39,722 nt of DNA from a virus: IMG/VR virus record IMGVR_UViG_3300005805_000191; one strand, given 5' to 3'. A program made the translations under genes and the position numbers. Below the pieces are notes generated by a model, which saw only the letters and a list, made by a program, of their open reading frames with translations, had not been told where the DNA came from and made no database searches. This document shows, in pieces, positions 18,813 through 26,782 of the stretch. How positions within the stretch are numbered: the stretch's first letter is position 1; every line of letters starts with the position of its first letter.

Positions 18813-19904
18813 ATGCCGTCACATCCCGTCAAGTGGTACTCCAGCGCCATGCCTGGCGCGCCAGCGCTGCGCAACGTGGCCGGCGATCTTATCGCCGTGC
18901 TCGACTGGTGCCTCGTCAACGGCAGCGCGACTACGGCAGTGCAGTCGCTTGTGGTCGCGGCTAACGTAGCCACCGTGACCTTTGCCAGCGCGCACACGTT
19001 CCAGAGGCACCAGATCATCGAGATTGCGGGCGTGACCGGCGCGCTGACTGCGCTCAACAGTCAGTGGCGCGTCACCGGTGTGACCTCGCTGACGCTGACC
19101 TTTGCCGCAACCAGCATCGCCGACGGCACTGCGGCGGGGACGATCACGTGCAAAACGCCGGCGGCTGGGTGGCAGAAGGCATTCAGCGGCACGAACAAGG
19201 CAGCGTACCGGTCGCAGGATGTGACCGGCACAAGGCTCTACGTCAGAGTGGCGGACGCCGGAACGACGGCGGCAACGCTAACCGGCTACGAAACCATGTC
19301 CGACGTTGACACCGGGGGAAACTTGTTTGCTCCGGGTAACGCGGACTGGCAAAAATCATCGTCATCAACGCCGGCCCCTTGGTGGGTAGCCGGCGATGCG
19401 CGGACGGTCTATTTTTGCTGCGCCTTCAACGGCGTCAGCTCTACCACTGGCGCTTCCGGGCACGGGTTTGGCGATTTTGAAGATTTGGCTCCAGCGTCGC
19501 AGCATGGTTTTTTCCTCGCCTGCGGCGGAACGACGGCCACCGCAAGTTTGATTTCAACGGGCGGCACGTCGAACAACGTGGCCGCGCGTAGCCACACGCT
19601 GGTGCCTGGTGCTGTGGCGATATCCAGAGCAAGCCCTGCAGGGCAAAACGGCTCATACCCCAACCCGGCAGACAATGGCATACAGACCGTCGGCCCCGTG
19701 ATGATCGAAGAGGGGAGCAACGCCCGCGGGAGGCTGCGCGGTTTGCTCGACTGCATACCGTTCCGCGGGCCAGCTATCGGCACAATCCTCGACACCAGCT
19801 TTGCCGGATACCCAGGACTGGCGCTGATCGTCGCCAGCGGCAGCGCAGACCCGCGCGCCGGAGGCCCGAACCGCGGTGCGATAGACCTCATCGGGCCGTG
19901 GTGA
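18813..19904 (+). CDS. hypothetical tail fibre / receptor-binding candidate (363 aa)
   Basis: ORF 2 nt after the previous stop. Ala/Thr/Gly-rich. Position downstream of J. Confidence 0.6.
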   Translation: MPSHPVKWYSSAMPGAPALRNVAGDLIAVLDWCLVNGSATTAVQSLVVAANVATVTFASAHTFQRHQIIEIAGVTGALTALNSQWRVTGVTSLTLTFAATSIADGTAAGTITCKTPAAGWQKAFSGTNKAAYRSQDVTGTRLYVRVADAGTTAATLTGYETMSDVDTGGNLFAPGNADWQKSSSSTPAPWWVAGDARTVYFCCAFNGVSSTTGASGHGFGDFEDLAPASQHGFFLACGGTTATASLISTGGTSNNVAARSHTLVPGAVAISRASPAGQNGSYPNPADNGIQTVGPVMIEEGSNARGRLRGLLDCIPFRGPAIGTILDTSFAGYPGLALIVASGSADPRAGGPNRGAIDLIGPW

Positions 19905-19911
19905 TCGACCG

Positions 19912-20271
19912 ATGAACGGTGCCTCTATCACACTGACCGTGCTGCGCGCGATTGGCCGCGACGCGTCGCCACCGTCGTTTGCCGCCGCGACGCTGAATAC
20001 TATCCGTGCCGATCTAGTATCTGGCGGCGTCTTCCGCGTAAGCGGCACCGTCACGGTGTCCGGAGCGCCGGCGCAGCGACGCGTGGTGCTCTTTGATTCC
20101 GCGACCGGCCCGCGCCCGCTGCAACCGCTCCGCGCGACGTGGAGCGCCGCAGACGGCAGCTACAGCTTCCCCCGCATCGCTAACCGTCCTTACTTTGCCG
20201 TCGCGTTCGATCACGAGGGCACCTACAGATCAGAGATCGTCGATCCCGTAACCCTGGAGACGATGCCGTGA
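19912..20271 (+). CDS. hypothetical tail-associated protein (prealbumin/carboxypeptidase-regulatory-like beta sandwich?)
   Basis: 119 aa. The segment SGTVTVSGAPAQRRVVLFDSATG...DGSYSFPRI resembles CarboxypepD_reg-like domains. Confidence 0.5.
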   Translation: MNGASITLTVLRAIGRDASPPSFAAATLNTIRADLVSGGVFRVSGTVTVSGAPAQRRVVLFDSATGPRPLQPLRATWSAADGSYSFPRIANRPYFAVAFDHEGTYRSEIVDPVTLETMP

Positions 20272-21137
20272 GGATTCATTCTTCCATAGATGGGCGCTGG
20301 TCTATCCGCGTGAGCGGGCATCTGGTCGCCGAGTTTGCAAACCTTATAACTGACGTTGGGCTGCACGGTTTGCAAGGTCTGCGCGTCGGCCAAATTGCTG
20401 CGCTCGGGACGGACACGGCTGCGCCGTCGAACACAGATACCTCGATGGCCGGCGCGGTGTACGCCACGTCGATTATCGACACGACTACGTCTACCAGCCA
20501 GTCGCCGTTGTACCGCGAATGCAGCGTGACCTACCTTTGGGAGGTTGGGTCGATCAGCGGCGGGAACTACTCCAGCATCGGCGTCTACGTCAGCAACGGT
20601 ACGCTGTTTTCAAAGGCGCGGATCCTCGACGCACTGGGCCAGCCGACGACCATTAGCGTGACGCCGACGGATTTCATCGAGGCAACCTACACGCAACGGG
20701 AGTACATCGCCACTACGGACGCGACGTTCGCTAACTTTGTTGTCGATGGCATCTCGTACAGCGGCATCATCCGCCCCGTAACCGCGCTGAACAACCCGAC
20801 GGCAATGCCTGTTGCTGCTGCCATGCAGGCGACGAGTCTGACGGCTTACTCGGAGCCGCTGGGCGCGCTGCCAACCAGCCAATCGCCAGGAGGCTCGCTC
20901 GGGAGCGTCTCCGGCGTGCTGGCAGCTTACGCCAACGATTACCAGCGCCAGGCAACCTATACATTCAGCCGTACGCAGGCTGTAGGAAACATCAAATCGC
21001 TGGTAATGTTTCGCGGGCAACTTTCGAGTCTGCCTTACATGCACGCAATGGGAATCCAGTTTGCGAATCCCATCCCCAAGCCAGACACGCTGCAACTTGC
21101 AATCACGCTCGGCTGGAGTTGGGGCCGTGCTGCCTGA
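20268..21137 (+). CDS. hypothetical tail-associated protein (289 aa)
   Basis: ATGA-type overlap and coding-like composition. No recognisable motif. Confidence 0.55.
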   Translation: MRIHSSIDGRWSIRVSGHLVAEFANLITDVGLHGLQGLRVGQIAALGTDTAAPSNTDTSMAGAVYATSIIDTTTSTSQSPLYRECSVTYLWEVGSISGGNYSSIGVYVSNGTLFSKARILDALGQPTTISVTPTDFIEATYTQREYIATTDATFANFVVDGISYSGIIRPVTALNNPTAMPVAAAMQATSLTAYSEPLGALPTSQSPGGSLGSVSGVLAAYANDYQRQATYTFSRTQAVGNIKSLVMFRGQLSSLPYMHAMGIQFANPIPKPDTLQLAITLGWSWGRAA

Positions 21138-21711
21138 CGGCGTACTGCGTGAGTCGGACGGCGTCGCAGAATTTTTGCCAGGCGACGACTCGCCAAAGCT
21201 CAGCGCGGTGTCGCGAGAACTTGGGCCAACAACATTGCGCGCACCCGATGTCGTCGATTTGTTGGCCCGGATGTGGGTGTGCGAGCTTGCGGCCCCGAAT
21301 GTGATCCTTTATCCTGAGAGCAATCCACTGTCTTCGGAAACGCTGTTCGCTGCACCGGCAGGGGCTAAAACAGTGTCGCTTGCGTTCTCGCAAACCGGCT
21401 GGCCGCACGTGGTCGTCGGCGGAGACGGCGGAGCATGGTTATGGTGGTACGACACACTTGCGCAGCAATACGCGACGCTGGTACTGCCGGACTTGGCGAC
21501 GCCGATTTTGACGATGGACGACAAGCGCCGAGAGGCGAGTTTGTCAAACCGCAACGACATCATTTTTTTTTACATCGCAGAACCTGGTCTATGCTATCGT
21601 TTGCAGCGTCAGCGATTTGCGACGGAACACGTGGCCGCCCACGACGTAGGCGGTGCTATTGTGCGTGCAGGGATGGCCGCAGATTGGCGGTTGTACGTCG
21701 AGATTGAGTGA
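21127..21711 (+). CDS. hypothetical protein (about 194 aa)
   Basis: GTG 21127 with GGAG 9 nt upstream. The ORF track gives 21061 as its earliest possible start. Contains a T9 tract at 21563-21571. Confidence 0.5.
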   Translation: MLPDGVLRESDGVAEFLPGDDSPKLSAVSRELGPTTLRAPDVVDLLARMWVCELAAPNVILYPESNPLSSETLFAAPAGAKTVSLAFSQTGWPHVVVGGDGGAWLWWYDTLAQQYATLVLPDLATPILTMDDKRREASLSNRNDIIFFYIAEPGLCYRLQRQRFATEHVAAHDVGGAIVRAGMAADWRLYVEIE

Positions 21712-21725
21712 GAAAGGAAAAATAA

Positions 21726-21911
21726 ATGCGGGAATTCATGTTGGGTATCGCGCTGGTTGCTCTTGTCGTTGCGCTCGCAAGGGCGCGGACGGATTCAAAA
21801 TACTGGGACGACGAAGACATCGACGCCACTAAGTTGCCTGCGCTTCCTCGCAGCAGATCGGCACCCGTGTCTGCCAAGCCAGGCGGCCCAGGCACGCCGA
21901 GACGGCGGTAA
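21726..21911 (+). CDS. small membrane-anchored protein (61 aa)
   Basis: SD AAAGGAAAAA. One N-terminal TM (LGIALVALVVALA) and a charged, Pro-rich tail. Lower-GC region. Confidence 0.55.
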   Translation: MREFMLGIALVALVVALARARTDSKYWDDEDIDATKLPALPRSRSAPVSAKPGGPGTPRRR

Positions 21912-22336
21912 TGCATGCGCTCATCGTTGCCGTACTCGCCGCGGTTTTCTTGCGGCACATCGGCAGCGAATGGTTTGCGCACCTGTGGGCTGACCCGGCA
22001 AACCCATTGGCTGTGCCGGATGCCGAGCGCGAGCTGTACTACATTTTCGGCGGATTGCAAGGCGCGGTGTTGCTGGTCGCCTTTGCGTCTTTCGCTGCGC
22101 GCTGGCTGCGGGGCTGGTGGTTGGCGTCAATTTATGCGCTGATGGTCTACGGAGTTTTTCAGGAAACGCTGGTCGCGTTATGCGGCGCTGCTTACCTTTT
22201 TCTGAACGGCCCCGGCCCGTCTGATATCGACAAAAGCGCGGGCATGTGCAACGCGGCGCACAGCTTGGAGGGATGGCTTGTGCTCTCCATCGTTGTTTTA
22301 TTGGTGCTGTTGTGGAGCGCGCGCAATGATCGCTAA
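21911..22336 (+). CDS. multi-pass membrane protein (141 aa, 4-5 predicted TM)
   Basis: Hydrophobic segments seen by eye. Start overlaps the upstream stop (TAATG). Confidence 0.55.
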   Translation: MHALIVAVLAAVFLRHIGSEWFAHLWADPANPLAVPDAERELYYIFGGLQGAVLLVAFASFAARWLRGWWLASIYALMVYGVFQETLVALCGAAYLFLNGPGPSDIDKSAGMCNAAHSLEGWLVLSIVVLLVLLWSARNDR

Positions 22337-22685
22337 TGAGTCAATGGCAGCAAAATCTGCAATCGTTGGTGCCGCAGCTATCAGCATCGATAGCGTCTCC
22401 TGGCTGCTGTTCGGAGTGTCTCCGTCGGTGTGGGCCGGATCGTTTTCCGGTGCTCTGTTTGGCGCAACATGGTTCCACTGGGATTCGCGAGTCGGCAAAC
22501 CGTTGGCAGTAACGACAAATACTCTTGCCGGCGTGTTTTTGTCTGCCCTTTTCGCGGCGCACTTTTCAATTGGCCCTACGACGCATAGCGGCATCGGGTT
22601 TCTGATCGCTTGCGGCCCAGCGCTGATAATCCACAAGATGCGCAACAGATTCCTGAACGGCTCACACACGGGTGACAAACCATGA
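22326..22685 (+). CDS. membrane protein, holin/antiholin candidate (119 aa, 3-4 TM)
   Basis: ATG 22326 overlaps the end of the previous gene. Several hydrophobic helices. Confidence 0.5.
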   Translation: MIANESMAAKSAIVGAAAISIDSVSWLLFGVSPSVWAGSFSGALFGATWFHWDSRVGKPLAVTTNTLAGVFLSALFAAHFSIGPTTHSGIGFLIACGPALIIHKMRNRFLNGSHTGDKP

Positions 22686-22948
22686 TCGACATTCTTCTTG
22701 CTGGCATTTCCAGTTTCGTCGCTATCGCCTCGATAATTGCGGTCAATAAATTTAGCGACACCAGTGCGCTGGCAGAAAAAATCGCTGTGTCTATTGTAGG
22801 TGGTGGCGCGCTGATGAATCTCGTTGGGTTGTTGTCGTCTCAACTGACACAAGCGCCTGCTGACTTGATGCTGCTGTCTGGCATTGCCATCTACATGACG
22901 TTTAAATATCTGGCGCGGGAGAAAAAACCTGAGAAGGCAACAAAATGA
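22682..22948 (+). CDS. holin candidate (88 aa, 3 TM, Lys-rich C-terminus)
   Basis: Three hydrophobic helices then AREKKPEKATK. ATGA-coupled to the endolysin candidate. Confidence 0.6.
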   Translation: MIDILLAGISSFVAIASIIAVNKFSDTSALAEKIAVSIVGGGALMNLVGLLSSQLTQAPADLMLLSGIAIYMTFKYLAREKKPEKATK

Positions 22949-23361
22949 ATCTGTTATTGCGACGCATGGAGCGCTGGCCGGGATCGACTATCGGAGAACT
23001 ATCAGTAGATAAGCAATTTGTTTGCTACACTGTGGAGGATGTTGTCAGGCCAAATAATGTCAAGGTGCCTGGCGCGACGGCCATCCCTGCGGGCCGATAC
23101 CGGGTGATCGTTACGCACTCTCCGCGCTTTGGCGTGTCCCTGCCGCTGCTGCTCGACGTGCCTGGGTATTCTGGAGTGCGCATTCATCCCGGAAACACGG
23201 CGGCGGATACTGAGGGCTGCATACTGCCAGGTCTGGAGATGTGGGAAGGCGGGGTGCGCAAGTCTCGCGCCGCATTTGCTGCGTTGTTTTCCCGCATTCG
23301 TGCTGCCCTGGAATCCGGGGAAGAGGTCTGGATCGAGATCGATGAGTCGTGGCGCACATGA
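22945..23361 (+). CDS. candidate endolysin, DUF5675 / YkuD-like fold
   Basis: 138 aa. IHPGNTAADTEGCILPG resembles the His...Gly-Cys catalytic motif of L,D-transpeptidase-fold enzymes. Position right after the holin candidate. Confidence 0.55.
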   Translation: MNLLLRRMERWPGSTIGELSVDKQFVCYTVEDVVRPNNVKVPGATAIPAGRYRVIVTHSPRFGVSLPLLLDVPGYSGVRIHPGNTAADTEGCILPGLEMWEGGVRKSRAAFAALFSRIRAALESGEEVWIEIDESWRT

Positions 23362-23421
23362 GTCATCGCGACAAGAGTCACCTCGCCGTTGCGCAAGCGC
23401 GAAAATAGTTGCGCGCGGGGC

Positions 23422-23449
23422 TTGACAATATGCGCAATGCGCGTATTAT
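23422..23449 (+). promoter_or_regulatory. near-consensus sigma70 promoter (TTGACA, 16-nt spacer, TATTAT)
   Basis: -35 at 23422-23427 and -10 at 23444-23449. The spacer contains GCGCAATGCGC. Confidence 0.7.
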
Positions 23450-23507
23450 TCGGGTTGTCGATAGCGACACACCGCGCCTCGGGGCAGCAGGGGCAAAGAG
23501 GACAGAG

Positions 23508-23996
23508 ATGGCTGAGGTTCGCAACATCAAGATGACGGTCTCCGGGGTATACGCGCAAGTGCGCCGCGGGGCGGACGACTGGCAAGACGCGATGCTCAAT
23601 CGCATGCTCCCGCGCTGGGACTACCTGACCAGCGGCTCGTATGTGGAGATCGACCCGGATCACTGGCGCGAGTTGCTCGCCGCGGACGTGATCGACGACC
23701 ACGATTTCGGCGACATGGACGACGCAGAGCTTAGCCCCGCGCAAACCGATGTGCGCATAGTCGATGTCGGTACATTGGTCGAGTTTGCGCACGACAGCCG
23801 GGGCATCACGATTGAAAAATCCGGCGGCGTCCCGGTGCAGACCGTGGTCGGTGCAGTGGATTTTTTGGCCCCGCTCCGCGATCTGGCCGATGCTCTGCTG
23901 AAGGCATGGTGTGAAGGATACGACGGCGATCCGCGCGAAAATGAACTGCACGTCGAGGTCTCCCGCGATGGGGAAACCGAAACAATCTATGCCTAA
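23508..23996 (+). CDS. highly acidic hypothetical protein (162 aa)
   Basis: ATG 23508 after AGAGGA, downstream of the promoter. Many Asp/Glu; hand count gives a net charge near -20. Confidence 0.6.
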   Translation: MAEVRNIKMTVSGVYAQVRRGADDWQDAMLNRMLPRWDYLTSGSYVEIDPDHWRELLAADVIDDHDFGDMDDAELSPAQTDVRIVDVGTLVEFAHDSRGITIEKSGGVPVQTVVGAVDFLAPLRDLADALLKAWCEGYDGDPRENELHVEVSRDGETETIYA

Positions 23997-24243
23997 CCAC
24001 CCCAATCGCAGCAAGCGCGTGTCCGGCCCCGGCCGGACGCCGTCGCCGACCGATGTGGTGCTGCTCCGCTCACTCGCCGAGCGCACGCGCGGCGCGGGCA
24101 TCACGGACGCTCAGCGATACTGTGCCGAGCAACTGCACACCAGCCTGCGAGCATGGCAACAGTGGGAGCGTGGCGAGCGGCGGATGCACCCGGCCTTCTA
24201 CGCGCTCGCGAGGATCAGGTTAAACGTAACGGGGAAGCCATGA
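23989..24243 (+). CDS. XRE-like helix-turn-helix protein
   Basis: MPNHPNRSKR... followed by ITDAQRYCAEQLHTSLRAWQQWERGERRMHPAFYAL, a typical HTH_XRE-like pattern. Alternative start ATG 23968. Confidence 0.6.
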   Translation: MPNHPNRSKRVSGPGRTPSPTDVVLLRSLAERTRGAGITDAQRYCAEQLHTSLRAWQQWERGERRMHPAFYALARIRLNVTGKP

Positions 24244-24461
24244 GGACAAGAGACGGCGACATAGATGCAGTAAAGGCTCTAGGACACAAGCAAGAGTGCG
24301 TGGTGTTCTGGTCTGAAGAAGGCGGCGGTGAAGTGCATCGTATTTGGGACACGCTGCTGCTTTTTTCGATCCCGCAATACGGCGGGAAAGGGCGCTTCGA
24401 GGGCGCGTTCGACATTGATGAGGCCGACAAGCTGGTCGATCTGGCGCACACATGGACATGA
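24240..24461 (+). CDS. hypothetical protein (73 aa)
   Basis: ATGA-coupled to the HTH gene. Confidence 0.5.
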   Translation: MRTRDGDIDAVKALGHKQECVVFWSEEGGGEVHRIWDTLLLFSIPQYGGKGRFEGAFDIDEADKLVDLAHTWT

Positions 24462-24859
24462 CGCCTAACTGCCAATTACTGCGAGAGATTACCGCGTGGC
24501 CTTGCCGAACGGTAACGGGGACTAACGGGGAAAGCGCGTTTGTGGTGGCTCCTCCGGTCGAGTTCTGGGATGGATCGTTGGTGCCGATGTATGTAATCGA
24601 CCGCGGCGAGAGCATCGAGATAACAGACGATGGCTCACTCCTCCAGCACTTGGACGCATCGGGCTTCGCGGTGAGCGCCGACGGGCGCCGGAAGAAGAGT
24701 CTGACTAACGCGCTTGCAAAGTGGGGCGTAGCACTCGATGACGAGTTGCGGATCGGCTGTAAGCCGCAGGATCTACGCCAAGCAATTCACCGCTTCATGG
24801 GAGCGCTGTTCTCCGCTGCGCACTGGGAATCGGAGAACGCGGGCAAGGCGTCGAGATGA
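24452..24859 (+). CDS. DUF1828-like protein (135 aa)
   Basis: FWDGSLVPMYVIDRGESIEITDDGSLLQHLDASGF...RRKKSLTNALAKWGV resembles the DUF1828 pattern as I recall it. Confidence 0.5.
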   Translation: MDMTPNCQLLREITAWPCRTVTGTNGESAFVVAPPVEFWDGSLVPMYVIDRGESIEITDDGSLLQHLDASGFAVSADGRRKKSLTNALAKWGVALDDELRIGCKPQDLRQAIHRFMGALFSAAHWESENAGKASR

Positions 24860-25194
24860 TCAGCCTGCCGCTATCCTGGTGGATCGCCGGCGGCGCGGTA
24901 TGCGCTGCGCTGGCCGTAGGCGGAGTGCAGTCGTGGCGGCTTGACCGCTGCCAGTCGGCGGCTCGCGATCTATCGGCGGAGCATGCCGCGCTAGTTGCTG
25001 CGGCAAATCGGCAGTCGGCAGCGGTAGAGGAACTAGAGCGTACTGCGCAAACCAGGCTGGCAGACGCGCGCAGAATAACGCAGGCGGGCAAACTGCGAGC
25101 GCAGGCCATGGATGCACAGGCAGCCGCAATGCGTAATGCTCCAGCAGAATCCTGCGAGGTTGCTGTGCAGATCGTGCGGGATAGTCTGCGATGA
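24856..25194 (+). CDS. i-spanin (Rz-like)
   Basis: N-terminal TM (LSWWIAGGAVCAALAVGGV) followed by an Ala/Arg/Gln-rich coiled coil. ATGA-coupled to a lipoprotein gene. Confidence 0.65.
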   Translation: MISLPLSWWIAGGAVCAALAVGGVQSWRLDRCQSAARDLSAEHAALVAAANRQSAAVEELERTAQTRLADARRITQAGKLRAQAMDAQAAAMRNAPAESCEVAVQIVRDSLR

Positions 25195-25457
25195 TTGATT
25201 CGCGTTATTTGATTGCAAAAATTGCAACCATTGCAATTTGCGGCTGCTCGTCCACTCCGCCGGTAGAAGTACGCGTACCAGTGCCTGTGCCGTGCGTGGC
25301 CGCCGACGACGTGCCGCAGCGCCCGACGATTACGGATGCGGCAGTGTTGCGTGACCTGCCAGATGGTCGGCTGGTGCTGACGCTCGCAAGCGAGCGCGCA
25401 GCGCTGGCGGCATATGTGGAGCGCGCTGCGCCGCTGCTGGACTGGTGCGCGCGTTAG
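25191..25457 (+). CDS. o-spanin (Rz1-like lipoprotein)
   Basis: Lipobox-like IAICGC followed by a Pro-rich segment (SSTPPVEVRVPVPVPC). Confidence 0.6.
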   Translation: MIDSRYLIAKIATIAICGCSSTPPVEVRVPVPVPCVAADDVPQRPTITDAAVLRDLPDGRLVLTLASERAALAAYVERAAPLLDWCAR

Positions 25458-25696
25458 ATCACGTCGCAGTTAGAGACCTCATGGAACTCGATCAGCTTGT
25501 CTAAGTAGTGCCGGGCTTTCTTCAGGTCTTCCACCCCGCCCTTGTCTGCGCACCGTGCGAGGTACTTGATCGCGTTTCCGCGCAGAAACCCCGCGAACTG
25601 TTCGCGCGTCATCCACGCTTCCATTGCGTGCCACGGCTGAACCTTTTTGGTCGCGTAGTGGGTGCCGCCGATCTGTGTGTCTTCTGCTGCCATCAT
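25454..25696 (-). CDS. DUF3310-like protein
   Basis: IGGTHYATKKVQPWHAMEAW...GNAIKYLARC...EDLKKARHYLDKLIE matches the DUF3310 signature. ATGA-coupled. Confidence 0.7.
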   Translation of the reverse strand: MMAAEDTQIGGTHYATKKVQPWHAMEAWMTREQFAGFLRGNAIKYLARCADKGGVEDLKKARHYLDKLIEFHEVSNCDVI

Positions 25697-26115
25697 GTTC
25701 TCCAACTGGTAAGTAATTCTTTACAGTTCAACCCGTGCTTTAACTCCACGTTAGGCGCATCCTCTTTCGGGAAGCCCCAGTCGATCACCTGCCGCAGCAC
25801 GGTGCCGTCGTCGGCGTAGTACCGAGTCACGGTGCCCCGCACTTGTGGAAGCAGCCATCCGGCCTTCGTCGGCCAGCCTGCGCCTCGGACGCGAAGGTGC
25901 AGCACGCCAGGTTGGTCGTGCGGCGCGTTGGCTCCGTCAATGTGGCATCCGGGCGGCAATTGCAGAAGCTCGGCCAGCGTTTCTGGGCTCAGTACAAGCA
26001 GTGCGGCACGCCCGATGTCCTCAAGCGGCGCGGCATCGCGCGCTTCGGCACCAGCGCCTAACCCCTCGCTCAAGCCGACCCGCGTCGGCGTATCAGGTTT
26101 GCTCGCTTCGGTCAT
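25693..26115 (-). CDS. hypothetical protein (140 aa)
   Basis: ATG 26115 with GGAGG upstream. N-terminal MTE...RVGLSEGLG is shared with gene 29008..29397. Confidence 0.6.
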   Translation of the reverse strand: MTEASKPDTPTRVGLSEGLGAGAEARDAAPLEDIGRAALLVLSPETLAELLQLPPGCHIDGANAPHDQPGVLHLRVRGAGWPTKAGWLLPQVRGTVTRYYADDGTVLRQVIDWGFPKEDAPNVELKHGLNCKELLTSWRT

Positions 26116-26155
26116 GTCGTGCCGCCTCCTTGGTCGGCTTAGCTCGAACGTTAGG
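26057..26155 (-). repeat. 99-nt inverted-repeat structure bracketing the SD and start of gene 25693..26115
   Basis: Arms CCTAACCCCTCGCTCAAGCCGACC (26057-26080) and GGTCGGCTTAGCTCGAACGTTAGG (26132-26155). Pairing is 6 bp plus 9 bp around a 9x9 internal loop. Confidence 0.75.
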
Positions 26156-26157
26156 CA

Positions 26158-26379
26158 TCACCTAACAGGCGGCAGGGCATCTGTCACGTCTTCCAGCGAT
26201 GGCGCGCCGTGGATGAACGTCTGCGCAATTGACCAGCCGCCGGGGCGCTCCGTCATGTGGAGGCGCACAAAGCGACCAAGTGCGGCGTCTTTCCGCAGCG
26301 CCTTGACCTTGGCGCGAAGGCGGCGAACCGCAGTTTCCGCGTTTTGGGCACGCTCTTTATACGTCTTACCATATTCCAT
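26158..26379 (-). CDS. hypothetical protein (73 aa)
   Basis: ORF with SD GTAGGAGCAACAGA before the ATG. Its stop lies in the loop of the GTTAGG/CCTAAC mini-hairpin. Confidence 0.55.
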   Translation of the reverse strand: MEYGKTYKERAQNAETAVRRLRAKVKALRKDAALGRFVRLHMTERPGGWSIAQTFIHGAPSLEDVTDALPPVR

Positions 26380-26401
26380 TCTGTTGCTCCTACACGCCCA
26401 A

Positions 26402-26752
26402 CTAGGCGCTCAAGTCGGACGCCGGGGGACTGCCCGGCTTAGTCGCAGCGCCATGGCCGGAGCCGCTTAGCTCTGCGTTAGTCACCCTCTCCACCGTCAC
26501 TACCTCGCCACGCCGCGTGATGCGGTATAGCTCTCCGTTGGCCTCGGAAAGCGCGCGTAGTCCGGCCATTGAGTACCTCACCCCGTAGAGCCTGTAGGTG
26601 TCCGACTCGTACTGCCAGCCGTGCCACTTGCAGACGCGCCACTGCAAGAACTCAATCGGGTACAGCGCCGCTCGCACCATCATCAGCCACGGCGGAATGA
26701 TTTGCCCTTCCGGCACGCCGCGCCTGGCCCACTTCCAAATAACCTGTCTCAT
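26402..26752 (-). CDS. hypothetical protein (116 aa)
   Basis: SD GGGAG 7 nt upstream of ATG 26752. Trp-rich N-terminal half. Confidence 0.55.
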   Translation of the reverse strand: MRQVIWKWARRGVPEGQIIPPWLMMVRAALYPIEFLQWRVCKWHGWQYESDTYRLYGVRYSMAGLRALSEANGELYRITRRGEVVTVERVTNAELSGSGHGAATKPGSPPASDLSA

Positions 26753-26782
26753 CCGTTTTCTCCCGTGAATAACACTTCGCAG

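Noticed and set aside
14681-21711. Diversity-generating retroelement acting on the tail-tip or fibre genes.
   Set aside because: No reverse transcriptase ORF exists anywhere in the window. I found no template/variable repeat pair with adenine-specific differences. The repeats in 18199..18810 are in-frame protein repeats.
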